Below are positions 1-9,700 of a stretch of 64,000 nucleotides of DNA, piece by piece. Position numbers and translations under genes: made by a program. The DNA is taken from contig CAMTXH010000014.1 of assembly GCA_947085655.1 (NCBI GenBank), positions 9,825 to 73,824 on the forward strand, given 5' to 3'. The stretch comes from an uncultured Omnitrophica bacterium. Its GTDB lineage: Bacteria > Omnitrophota > Gorgyraeia > JACQQV01. Under the pieces are notes generated by a model. The model was not told where the DNA came from, made no database searches, and saw only the letters and a program-made list of their open reading frames with translations. Within the stretch, counting starts at the first letter, position 1. Each line of letters starts with the position of its first letter.

Positions 1-58
1 GGCCGAGTTGCCGAAGAGTCTAGGCAATTCGGCCATTTTTATTGGAGGAGGTTTTAAG

Positions 59-829
59 ATGAAAAAAATAAAAACAATCGGGCTTTTGAGCGCAGCCGCT
101 TTTTTCGTTTTGGCGATGGGGGCGGAAGCGGCCTACGCGAATCCGTTTGACCCGCTTCATAACCGCGCTTTACGGGATCTTGTGATGAAACCGGTCAAGG
201 TTGACCCAACCAAATTGATTAAACCGATCAAGGTTGAGCCAGCCAAGCTGGTTGATGTGAAGCCGGTGGATGAGGTCAAGCCGGTGAAAAGAGTGAAAAT
301 TAATCCTATCGTGATTGACGGCCCGATTGAACAAGCAGAGGCGGTTCTTCTCCCTCACGAAGTGACGGCTATGGGAATTATCCCCCAAGTGGTGAAAGTC
401 GAACCGATCAAGGGGAGGGTTGTGGATATTCCGGAGCCGCCTGCTCCGGTTGAAAGAGTTACCGGTATTGAGAATGCCATAGAGATGAGCCAGACGAATG
501 TGGGCAAAGTGGTCGGCAAGGCGGGAACCCTCATCGGGCGGGAAGGGCCGGGAATGCAAGTGGAAAAGACAAGGCCGATCGGCCTGCCGCTTACCGCACC
601 GGTTGATGGAGGCGGCCCTCGGATGATTATGCCTGTTCCGGAAGAGACTAGGCCAATCGGACCACCGGAAACCGCACGCGTGGATGGCGGCGGGATCAAA
701 ACTTCGCCAAATGGGATTGCGGGGGATGTGGTCCGGAAGCGCGCCCCGAAGATGCCGACCGAGGAGGAGCGGAACCGCTTCAAACCGACCGACCTCAAGA
801 ATCAATTTTTCGGAATCGGGCGGAGGTAA
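59..829 (+). CDS. Secreted repetitive protein with a signal peptide, KP[VI]KV[DE]P..KL mini-repeats and a duplicated TRPIGxPxTAxVDGGG motif
   Basis: ORF 8..829. The first in-frame ATG at 59 is preceded by GGAGGAGG (45-52). The N-terminus MKKIKTIGLLSAAAFFVLAMGAEAAYA is a classic Sec signal. It contains short K/P/V-rich tandem motifs. The C-terminal PTEEERNR motif is shared with the next ORF. Confidence 0.6.
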   Translation: MKKIKTIGLLSAAAFFVLAMGAEAAYANPFDPLHNRALRDLVMKPVKVDPTKLIKPIKVEPAKLVDVKPVDEVKPVKRVKINPIVIDGPIEQAEAVLLPHEVTAMGIIPQVVKVEPIKGRVVDIPEPPAPVERVTGIENAIEMSQTNVGKVVGKAGTLIGREGPGMQVEKTRPIGLPLTAPVDGGGPRMIMPVPEETRPIGPPETARVDGGGIKTSPNGIAGDVVRKRAPKMPTEEERNRFKPTDLKNQFFGIGRR

Positions 830-835
830 AGGATC

Positions 836-1681
836 ATGAAGAAACTGGGCCTCGCGATTTGTTCGATTTTTGTTTTGTCCGGCATCGGCCAGGCAGAACC
901 GGTTGATCCGATGGACATGCGTGAACTTCAGATCAATATTCAACCGCTCATCAAGGCGGTTCAGATCAAGCCGGTGACGCTTCCGAAAATCTACGGGATA
1001 GACCCCCGGATCCAGCAGCTTTTCAACAGTCTCGTTGCGAAGGGGATGGAGAAGTATCGGGAAGCCGAACCCGGCGTGTATGCGGACGAAAAAGTCTATT
1101 ACGATGAGCAAGGCCGCGTCAGCCGGATCGTCCGGTATGAAAGGGTTAAAAACAAGGACCAATCCGGAGGCAGGCGGTGGATTTACACCGATTTTGTTTA
1201 TGACGAAGCCGGAAACGTCATCGGATACGATCAGACAATTATCGAAAAAGGCTGGCTCCCGGACCCGGAGACGGGGAAACTGGTTTACCATGACAATAGG
1301 GTCACGAAAATTTCTGTGCGCTATGATCCAATCAAGCCCGGGGCGGGAATTCCAGGACAGGGTGCTGCGGGGAACGAAAAAGATGCCAAGGCGGATAGAG
1401 GGGTCGGACAAAACGAAGGATTGAGACCTCTTTGTTCTGGTGATCCTTCACTTTGCGGGGAGTATTTGGAGTGGCAGGCGATGTACCCAGAATTGGATCC
1501 AATGGAATTTTGGATGCACCACATCAGGTTCCCTGATCGGGAAATAACACCGGTCTCGGTAGAACGATTGCCTCTTCCGGGGGATGTAACCCGGAATCGG
1601 ACCAAAACGCTTCCTACCGAGGAAGAGCGGGAGCGGAGGCAGTCGATGTCGTCCCAAGATCCGCTTTTCCGGTTGAGATGA
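836..1681 (+). CDS. Small secreted YD-repeat protein
   Basis: ATG at 836 is 8 nt after GGAGG. Signal peptide MKKLGLAICSIFVLSGIGQA. YD/RHS-type repeat motifs are present (YYDEQGRVSRIVRYE, FVYDEAGNVIGYDQT, LVYHDNRVTKISVRYDP). C-terminal LPTEEERERR motif. Confidence 0.65.
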   Translation: MKKLGLAICSIFVLSGIGQAEPVDPMDMRELQINIQPLIKAVQIKPVTLPKIYGIDPRIQQLFNSLVAKGMEKYREAEPGVYADEKVYYDEQGRVSRIVRYERVKNKDQSGGRRWIYTDFVYDEAGNVIGYDQTIIEKGWLPDPETGKLVYHDNRVTKISVRYDPIKPGAGIPGQGAAGNEKDAKADRGVGQNEGLRPLCSGDPSLCGEYLEWQAMYPELDPMEFWMHHIRFPDREITPVSVERLPLPGDVTRNRTKTLPTEEERERRQSMSSQDPLFRLR

Positions 1682-1691
1682 GGGTAGCGTG

Positions 1692-2015
1692 ATGAAACGG
1701 ATAACGCCTTTAACGATTTTGACGGTGAGTCTGGCAGCCCTCATTTCATTTTTAGGGATGACGGGTGCGGCATCGGCATTGGATGCCGCGATCGGACCCC
1801 ATCCGGGGCTTCAGAATGAAAAACAGGTTTCAAGACACCTTTATCACGACAAGGGGGGAGCCCGGCGCGTGATTCCCGGAAAGGACGTTGCGGTTGCAAA
1901 ACTGAACGGGATTCTCTTCCGGGAGACGATGCTGCGGCTCACCGCTCCGAACGCTTTTCAGATGAAACAGCCGATTCTTCCGGAGCGGCCGAATCCCCAT
2001 AGGATTGCGCAATAA
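1692..2015 (+). CDS. Small secreted protein, 107 aa, function unknown
   Basis: ATG at 1692 (in-frame GTG at 1689) sits 7 nt after GAGGG. N-terminus MKRITPLTILTVSLAALISFLGMTGAASA is a signal peptide. Begins immediately after the upstream stop. Confidence 0.5.
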   Translation: MKRITPLTILTVSLAALISFLGMTGAASALDAAIGPHPGLQNEKQVSRHLYHDKGGARRVIPGKDVAVAKLNGILFRETMLRLTAPNAFQMKQPILPERPNPHRIAQ

Positions 2016-2062
2016 TGAATGAAAAACTTGGCGGCGAGCGCCGCCAAATATGGAGGTGTAAC

Positions 2063-4030
2063 ATGATGGGAAGAAGGAAGGTAACAAAGGGAATAGGAGT
2101 GATGACACTTGCGCTCTTCGGTGCTTTCATTCTCGCGTCGAGTGCTTACGCAGTGTGTCCACCGAAGTGTACTCTGGATGATGGCGTCATCCCTGACACC
2201 GGTTTTGGAAAAGACCTCATCGAGGGAAAAGCGGAGGTGAAGGGAAAAGCGGAGGCGCTGCCACCGGAGGGACCGGGTTATGCGTTTGAATCCGTCACAG
2301 TCAGCAAGATCATCGACCAGATTTTCAAGAAAATCAGGGGCCGGCTCGTTGCGGTTAAGACGGTAATCGGAAGCCATACTGAAGATATTTTCGGAAGCAT
2401 ACAGGATCTGATTCAGACGTCGATTTCCGAATACACCTTTACCGGACAACTGGCTGCTCAGACCGGCCGCGTGGAGGGAACATTCAGTTCAAACGGCGGG
2501 TTGACGCATGGCACCATCTACGGCTCGCAGTCCTTTGAAATCGGTGCCGGCGGGCTTGCGATGCTGGACAAGTCCTCCAACATTCAGGAGGTCTTCGATG
2601 AACTGCTCATGACCCACACGGTCACGTTGAGCAACGAGGACCGGGCGAACGACCGGGCCACCGGCGTCGTTGACCCGGAGGCCACCACGGGCGGCTCAAG
2701 GACGTTCACCAACAATTTGAACTGGCAACTCATCGATCCGGCGGGGGATCCGACGGATCCGGCGAACAGAAGGATGGTGGACGGCTATGAGGTCATGACC
2801 CTTGCGGAAACGGTCAATGATTATGCGTTCATTGCCGGTGATATCCGTGTGATCCTGGCCACGACAGATTCATCGTCCTACAATTTTGAAACCGAGACCA
2901 CGACAACGTCAGAACAAAGCCAGGAGACGATCTATCACCCGGTGACCGGGCAGATTACCGGCGGGGGTCAAAGGTTCACCTCTGTCCAGACCTCTTTGTA
3001 TGAGTCCTGCGGAGCGAATAATGAGTGCTTGATTTGGAACGAAGCAGGAACAGAGATTATCGACACCACGTTGAGCGAGGCCACTTATACCACAGGGAAC
3101 ACAACGCTGGCACTCACCTACGCGGGGAATTTGGTTGCCACTGATTCGCTCGCTGCAAGCGTCAGCTTCCTGAAGGATCCGGAGCTCATGGATTTTTCAG
3201 AGTTGCAGGAAGACCCAGAAAGGGGAGCGACCCAGGTGAGCACTTCGATCCAGAGGCAGCACTTTGACTACCGCAGACTCGCCGATGGGACCTTGACCGG
3301 GCGCCTTGAGGATGCGCGGGGAACCGTTGTGACCGATTCCCGGGTGCTGAGACCGTTAGAGACTGGACCGGGTTATGACCGGACTGGTGATCCTCTCTCG
3401 AGGACAACGCAGAACACCACGATGGAGGCGATCGTTGTCAACAATCAGGCGGTTTTTAACGACATCTCCACGACGATTAGCGGGGTGGATAACCGTCCCG
3501 GACAAGACACTCAGAGGGTCACGAGTGGAACATCCCGCACGATCCTGGCTGTGGATATGACCACAGGGGCCATTTTGGAAGAGGGTTCCTTCCGCGACGA
3601 TGTCTTCGAGACGGGAAATGCAGCAGGCGGCGGGATCGCTCAGTGGGGCTACAGCTACACGAGGACGGAATCGCACACCGTGTTTGCGGTCATCGGAAAC
3701 GAGGCGCAGGATCGCGTCACCACAAGCGGGTCTCTCACCCTTACCAAGAATGCGGCAGGAGAGGTCACAGCCCTCCAATTCAACGGAAATGTCACCACCA
3801 CCGCGTATAACCCGTTGAAGGGTGTCGCATCCATTGACCTTGCCAGGACCCGCACCGATCCGTTTGATGGGCCGAATGCCACATTCGAAGCGCCACCGAC
3901 CGCTCCGATGAACAGTCTCTCGGATGTGATCGCCTATTGTGCAGCGGGCAATTGCGTTCAGGGTGCCAATGAAACCAACGCTGATTATGCAGCGCGGCTT
4001 TTCTTCCAACCGTTGCGTAGACCTATTTAA
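2063..4030 (+). CDS. Secreted Thr/Ser/Gly-rich protein, about 655 aa, function unknown
   Basis: The ORF frame is open from 2015, but the likely start is the ATG-ATG pair at 2063-2068 downstream of GGAGG (2053-2057). Signal peptide MMGRRKVTKGIGVMTLALFGAFILASSAYA. The body is rich in T/S/G/N, suggesting β-rich structure. No recognisable catalytic motif. Confidence 0.6.
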   Translation: MMGRRKVTKGIGVMTLALFGAFILASSAYAVCPPKCTLDDGVIPDTGFGKDLIEGKAEVKGKAEALPPEGPGYAFESVTVSKIIDQIFKKIRGRLVAVKTVIGSHTEDIFGSIQDLIQTSISEYTFTGQLAAQTGRVEGTFSSNGGLTHGTIYGSQSFEIGAGGLAMLDKSSNIQEVFDELLMTHTVTLSNEDRANDRATGVVDPEATTGGSRTFTNNLNWQLIDPAGDPTDPANRRMVDGYEVMTLAETVNDYAFIAGDIRVILATTDSSSYNFETETTTTSEQSQETIYHPVTGQITGGGQRFTSVQTSLYESCGANNECLIWNEAGTEIIDTTLSEATYTTGNTTLALTYAGNLVATDSLAASVSFLKDPELMDFSELQEDPERGATQVSTSIQRQHFDYRRLADGTLTGRLEDARGTVVTDSRVLRPLETGPGYDRTGDPLSRTTQNTTMEAIVVNNQAVFNDISTTISGVDNRPGQDTQRVTSGTSRTILAVDMTTGAILEEGSFRDDVFETGNAAGGGIAQWGYSYTRTESHTVFAVIGNEAQDRVTTSGSLTLTKNAAGEVTALQFNGNVTTTAYNPLKGVASIDLARTRTDPFDGPNATFEAPPTAPMNSLSDVIAYCAAGNCVQGANETNADYAARLFFQPLRRPI

Positions 4031-4051
4031 GCGCTGTCAGGAGGCATCTTG

Positions 4052-6766
4052 ATGGATCGTCTTTCAAAAAGACAGAACACGATCCGACCGAAAGGGCCGG
4101 GGAAAAACCCGGCCCTTGTCGGCTTTCTATGGGGGGTGCTCTTTTTTGCTTTTGCACCCCTCTGTGCGGCGGTTGATTTCCAGACTTTTGAACCTTACAC
4201 CCCCCGTGTCACCGGCGGAAGCGACGCCCGCTCAGGCGGAACGCGCGATGCCCAGTTTGATGCAAGGCGGGCGGTGATTCAGTTTCAGGAAAGAGCGCGG
4301 CGGGAGGAGCGGACAAAGGAGCGGAGCGAAGAAAAAGAGATGGTGACCGGCCAAGCACTTGGCATCGAGCAGCATGTGGCCCAGGAAAAGCAGGTCAGCC
4401 AGGCCACCTCCCAGCACCAGCATCAGGACGGCGAGTTCATCTACAACCGGACCACCGGCATCGACCAATATAGCGCGGACAAAGACGGCGGTTACTGGTG
4501 GAGCAAGGTGGGGCTTCTTTTTAAGGCATGGAATGTCCTCTCCCGAGACCTCTACGCTAACGAATCCCGGAGCGAAATGACCGATTTTACGTTTAACGAC
4601 CTTTTGAACATCACCGGCATGAACCGCAAAACGGTGGATCAGGCAGGCCGGGTGACGGATGCCATCATTTCGGATATTACTTACCAGGAGGGTGAGACTC
4701 TCCGGAATTTCCTCAGCAAAAATAAAGAAGCGACGCGGACGGAAGTGAGCACCACGCATCATCCGACCGGGGACCAAACAACCCGGACCCGCATTTATGA
4801 CATTGTTTATAACGAGGAGCAGGTGGTCTCCCAGAAAGCGGAAATCTTCGACCTTTCCGGGCCGAACAACCCAATCTTGCAGGAAACCTTTGACATGAAA
4901 TACGACAAGGAAGGGAATGTCATCGGGGCGAAAACCCGCATCACCGACACCCTGACAGGGGTGGTGACCGAAAGCAAAACAGACAGCAGTTTCAACGGCA
5001 ATCGTGTCGTTTCATCCGTCTCGACCAGCAAAACATTCGACCCTTACCGGAACACCCTGACCGAACAGCTCAGTACCCAATCGGTTTCCTACGGCGGCGG
5101 GACCCAAGTGGATGCAAAAACGACCACAACGATTTATTCGACAGATAGCGAAGGAAACATCACCCGCGATTTCAAAACCGTCACCGAGTCCACGCAGGTG
5201 ATGGAGAATTTCTTCGGGATTCCGGAACTGGTGGAATCGCTCTCCAATACCCTGACGGAGGATTTCCTCGAAGTCCAGACGGTCCGCTCCGAATCCAAGC
5301 AGTTTTTTGCAAGGGATAAACATGGGAACCTTTTGAGCGCACGGGGCCTTGAAAGCGGCACCACCGTGAATTTCGACGGCTCCGTCACCCAGACCACCGA
5401 AAGCACGATGGACTTTACGGTGGTGGCAGACCAGCCGTACCTCACCGGAAGAAGCGACAAGACCTTTACCAAAGACATGAACCGGAATTCGGATTCGACG
5501 ACCGCCTCGACGCTCACCGTCCGCTTGGGCGCAAAAGGGGAGGTGTTGAATGGAACCCGTGAAGCGGAGACCTTTTCTTCCAACGGGGACGGGAGCATCA
5601 GTTCGACCCTTCGCGTGATTGAGGATTATGACCGGGCGGGCCTTGTGAATGACTTGGGGCTCATCAGACGGGTCACCACAAACCGGACCAAAAATGAAAT
5701 TGACCTGACGGATGAAGAAGAGACCCGGATTTATCTTCAGACCCATGATGATTTTAACCGGGTTCTTTCCGCGGAAGAGACGATCGAGGGAAGCGGAACC
5801 ACCTTGGATAATGTCGGAAGCTGGACAAGGACTTCCGGCCGCGTTGAATATGCCGTCAGCGAAAGAACTCTGCGGCCCTATGCGGTCAAGACCACGGTCA
5901 CCACCACCGCTTTTAATGCGATCGATCTTCTTTTGACCGAGGCGACCCAGATTCAGACGGTGGATGCGGACAAGGCCACCGGACGGATTCTGGGCGGGGA
6001 GGGCCGGACCCAAAGCACCTCCTTTGTCACAGACCAGGAAGGGAATGTGGTCAAGGTCCGGAGGGGGGATGTCTATACGCCGGCGATGGGGGACCGAGGC
6101 GACCCGGATGAGTTGATTCCGGTGGTCACGGTCCGGACGGAAAGCATCGAGCATTTTGTCGGCCTTGAGCATGCGAATGCGCTCGGTCTTACGACCCGGG
6201 AAACGGTGACAGACAACCTGGATGTCCGGTCGCACGACCGGACGGTGGTCCGCGAAGTACTGACCCAGAACTTAAACAGCGTCGGGAAAGTTCTCGGCGC
6301 CAAGGGCGTTACCAGAAGCGTTTCGGACGATGAATGGGGATACGGCGTGAGCCGGACCGAATCCTACATCGAGACGGAATATTTCCTGACGGATGACAAC
6401 CGGATTCTTCCCTCCATTCTCAAGATTGTGGAAGTGACAAAAGACCGGAATGACGGTGCTTACCGGGTGGTTGTCCGGGAGGACCGGACCCGTTACGACG
6501 ATTTCGGAAGAATTCATGAAGTGGACAATAGAAATCCGAGCCAGGGCGGGTTTGAGCGGATCTGGTATCAGGATGTCACTGTCCGTCCGATTCCGCCGGA
6601 TGCGGAAACGCCTGAGCAGATTTTTGAGCGGTTCTTTGGGAATGCATCACCTACGCTTCTTTCGGAGACTTCCGGGACTCTTCGCAACGGAGATGCCCCG
6701 ACACCCTTTCATCCCTTTGATCTGCCCCATGGGTGGATTTTAAGAATGTTTGGCCGGACAAGATAA
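4052..6766 (+). CDS. Large secreted protein, 904 aa, with degenerate YD-like repeats
   Basis: ATG at 4052 (TTG at 4049) is 7 nt after AGGAGG. N-terminal hydrophobic segment ALVGFLWGVLFFAFAPLCAAVD. Degenerate YD motifs (KYDKEGNVIGAKTRITD, TDQEGNVVKVRRGDVYTP, RTRYDDFGRIHEVDN). Thr-rich. Confidence 0.65.
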   Translation: MDRLSKRQNTIRPKGPGKNPALVGFLWGVLFFAFAPLCAAVDFQTFEPYTPRVTGGSDARSGGTRDAQFDARRAVIQFQERARREERTKERSEEKEMVTGQALGIEQHVAQEKQVSQATSQHQHQDGEFIYNRTTGIDQYSADKDGGYWWSKVGLLFKAWNVLSRDLYANESRSEMTDFTFNDLLNITGMNRKTVDQAGRVTDAIISDITYQEGETLRNFLSKNKEATRTEVSTTHHPTGDQTTRTRIYDIVYNEEQVVSQKAEIFDLSGPNNPILQETFDMKYDKEGNVIGAKTRITDTLTGVVTESKTDSSFNGNRVVSSVSTSKTFDPYRNTLTEQLSTQSVSYGGGTQVDAKTTTTIYSTDSEGNITRDFKTVTESTQVMENFFGIPELVESLSNTLTEDFLEVQTVRSESKQFFARDKHGNLLSARGLESGTTVNFDGSVTQTTESTMDFTVVADQPYLTGRSDKTFTKDMNRNSDSTTASTLTVRLGAKGEVLNGTREAETFSSNGDGSISSTLRVIEDYDRAGLVNDLGLIRRVTTNRTKNEIDLTDEEETRIYLQTHDDFNRVLSAEETIEGSGTTLDNVGSWTRTSGRVEYAVSERTLRPYAVKTTVTTTAFNAIDLLLTEATQIQTVDADKATGRILGGEGRTQSTSFVTDQEGNVVKVRRGDVYTPAMGDRGDPDELIPVVTVRTESIEHFVGLEHANALGLTTRETVTDNLDVRSHDRTVVREVLTQNLNSVGKVLGAKGVTRSVSDDEWGYGVSRTESYIETEYFLTDDNRILPSILKIVEVTKDRNDGAYRVVVREDRTRYDDFGRIHEVDNRNPSQGGFERIWYQDVTVRPIPPDAETPEQIFERFFGNASPTLLSETSGTLRNGDAPTPFHPFDLPHGWILRMFGRTR

Positions 6767-6767
6767 A

Positions 6768-9700
6768 ATGAAGAACAATCTTCTTGATCATAACCTGGAT
6801 GTCGCACGAATAGAGGAGCGGGACACCTCTATCCAGAAGTGGCAAACCCCTCGGTTGAAGCCGATTCTGGGGGCTTTGGCGCTTGTGGTTGCGGAGCTCT
6901 TTTTCGTGACACAGGTCGCCTGGGCCCTGGACTTGAATCATATCAATGCCTTCAAACGGCAGTTCCGGCAGCGGACCCTTGAGATGCAACGGATGATGCT
7001 TCCGCAACAGATGGATCGGAAACGGCAGGAACAGCAGGCGGCCCTTGACCGGAAAAACCTTGTGATTGAGAACTTCGGCAACACCGACTCCTCCTTCTTG
7101 GCGCTTGCGGATGTGGAAAGTCAGCCGCTCACGGAAGATTCGGTTCCGCGGCCGGTCTACCGGCTGGGGGAGGAGGAAAAGGATGACCGCAAGGTCATTC
7201 AACTCGCCCGCGGTCCCTTGGTCGGCGTTGAAGTCCTTGGGCGGACGACGGACGAGGCGGGTTTTGGCCATGTGACCTTACGAACCGAGGACGGCGCTCT
7301 GAAAGATGCCACCATCGGCTCTTCCTTATTTACGAAAGTGCCCGCCAAAGAGAAAAAACCGGTTGCGCCGGGAACCTATCTTGCCGAGGGCCTTGCCGGA
7401 GGAGCAGGTCTCCTTGAAGCGAGGGAGACTTTGGGCGGAGAACTGATTACGAGTCTTTCCCCCATCCTTCATATGAGGGAAGAGACACCCGAAAAAGCTT
7501 CCTTGCGCGAAACCATTCAAAGGCAAACCCAAGTTGCCGAATCAGAAACCGTTTTACCCGAAACTTCCAGTACCCTTCCGGTTGATATTGACACATTCAA
7601 AGACGAATACGGGCAGATTCCGGTGATCGATGCCCGGACCGGCAAGGCGAAGACCAGTTTTGAAAAATACATCGACAGTCTCTCCGAACTCTTCCATGCG
7701 GCAGGCCGCGCCGCCCTCAAGGCATTCCTCGAGGAGGCGGAGGAACTGGAGAATATCGAAAGGACCGATCCTGAAGCGGCGCGGATCGCCAAGGCCCACC
7801 TCACAGGAAAACGCGAACGGGACGGCCAAGAGCCACCGAACCCCGGCCAGCAGGATACCCCGAGAGACAGATTCCAATTCTCCAGTTCGGGCAACGCCCA
7901 GTTTGACGCCTTTCTCCAGAATCTGACGGAAGAAATGGAGAGGCGTCTTGCGGAAGGCCCGGAGACGACCAAAGATTCCTACACGTATGTGGCGAAAGAG
8001 GTCGGAGTTAAGTTTGATGCGGACGGGAATGTGGTCTCGACCTATACCCGTTATGTGAAAAAGACCTTCACCCTCCACCGCGGAGAACTCCGACTCATCG
8101 GACGGACCACCACAACCAATTATGAGAATGCGGACGGCACCACCGGCACCAAGGTGGAGATGGCCAAGTTCGGCTATGATGACCGGGGCCGGCTGGTGAC
8201 GCGGGATATTGAAATTCTCCTGAACGGCTTTGTCTACGACGAAGACCTGGAGAGAGTGACCGGACCATTTAACAATTTCCGGATGACGCTCCACCAGCAA
8301 GCGATTCGGGATGAGGAAGGCCAGATCGTTAAATTCATCTCTGTCTCCACGGTCGGGGACATCGAAAACCGCTACGTCCTTGAAATCGAAGAGCGCGACA
8401 CCGCCTACCAGAAGACCCGGTGGAAAGAAACCACCACCGTCACGAATCTCCGGACCGGAGAGGTCCGTACCACCGAGACCGAAGGACACGCCACCGGCTT
8501 TGACGACCAGGGCCGCGCCACCGGCTTTGAAATCAACGAACATGTCTTCGGCGGTCAGGATGATTACTTCCGGACGATCACGATCGAAGGGATCGTTTAC
8601 GGCAGAGACAACGAATGGGTGTCCTTCCGGCGGACCATTGAAACGGATGGCTTTGTCGGATTGCCGGACGGCGGCGGGGAGATGGTGCATCGGCGGGAGG
8701 TTTATGATCATTGGGTGGATTCCGAGACGGGTGACGCGATGATCACCACGAGAGTGTATGAAAACGGCGTATTGATTGACACCACCACTTACCGTCAGAG
8801 TGAGATGCCCGAATATATGGCCCTTTACCTGGACGGCCGCTTTGTCGCCCTGGCTCCTCTTCTTGGGATCAATTTCGAAACCTTTGTCAACGGCACTCTG
8901 GATGCCCAGAACTTCCTGACCGCCATGGGCATCAGCATGCCGCTTGAGACGCTGCTGGGTCTTACCGGAGACAGCGAGCTTGCGGCCGCTTTTGCCCAGA
9001 TGGACCCGGATGCAGTGGATGCGCTGGTCGCCGGTGCGTTGATGGCGCTTCTCTTTGAGGTGGTTAAGACTTACGCCGAGAATGTGGGACAGGATATCGC
9101 GGATGAGGAAGCGGAGAATCGGAGGACAAAGGTTATCAATAACTTTGTCGACAGGATGCCGGATCACCTCAAAGCGGCGGCACGTCAAATTGCCGAAAAC
9201 CTCTTTGACAATCTTGCAGACGTTCTGGCCGATATTCAGCAGGATCCTGCCAAGATGGATGCCCTGATCGGCCGCTTAAGGGATGCCGGTTTGACGGGCA
9301 ATCTCTCCAAGGTCGAACTCCGCTCGATGGGTTATACCGAAACGGTGATGTCCAGCACAAGCGACATCATCGAAAGGCGGACCGTTATCTTCGAATATGA
9401 CGAGGAAGGACGCATCTCCCAATCCCTTGAAAGGGTCCACCGCTTCGGGAGGGACAATGACGGAAAGGTCATTGACCAGACCTACAGCATCGAGCGCTCC
9501 GATTACCGCTACAGCGAAAACGGGGTCCTGATCGGCTATCGCGAAACCCTCATCGGCGTGAATGAAAACGGCGAAGTGACCCCCGGATTGAAAGTCGAAC
9601 GGGATGTCACGCCGGAATACGGCCCGGATGGCCGGCTCATCCGGATGACCTCGGTCAATACCTACAGCATCACCGATGAAAGAAGGGCGGAAGTCCAGGC

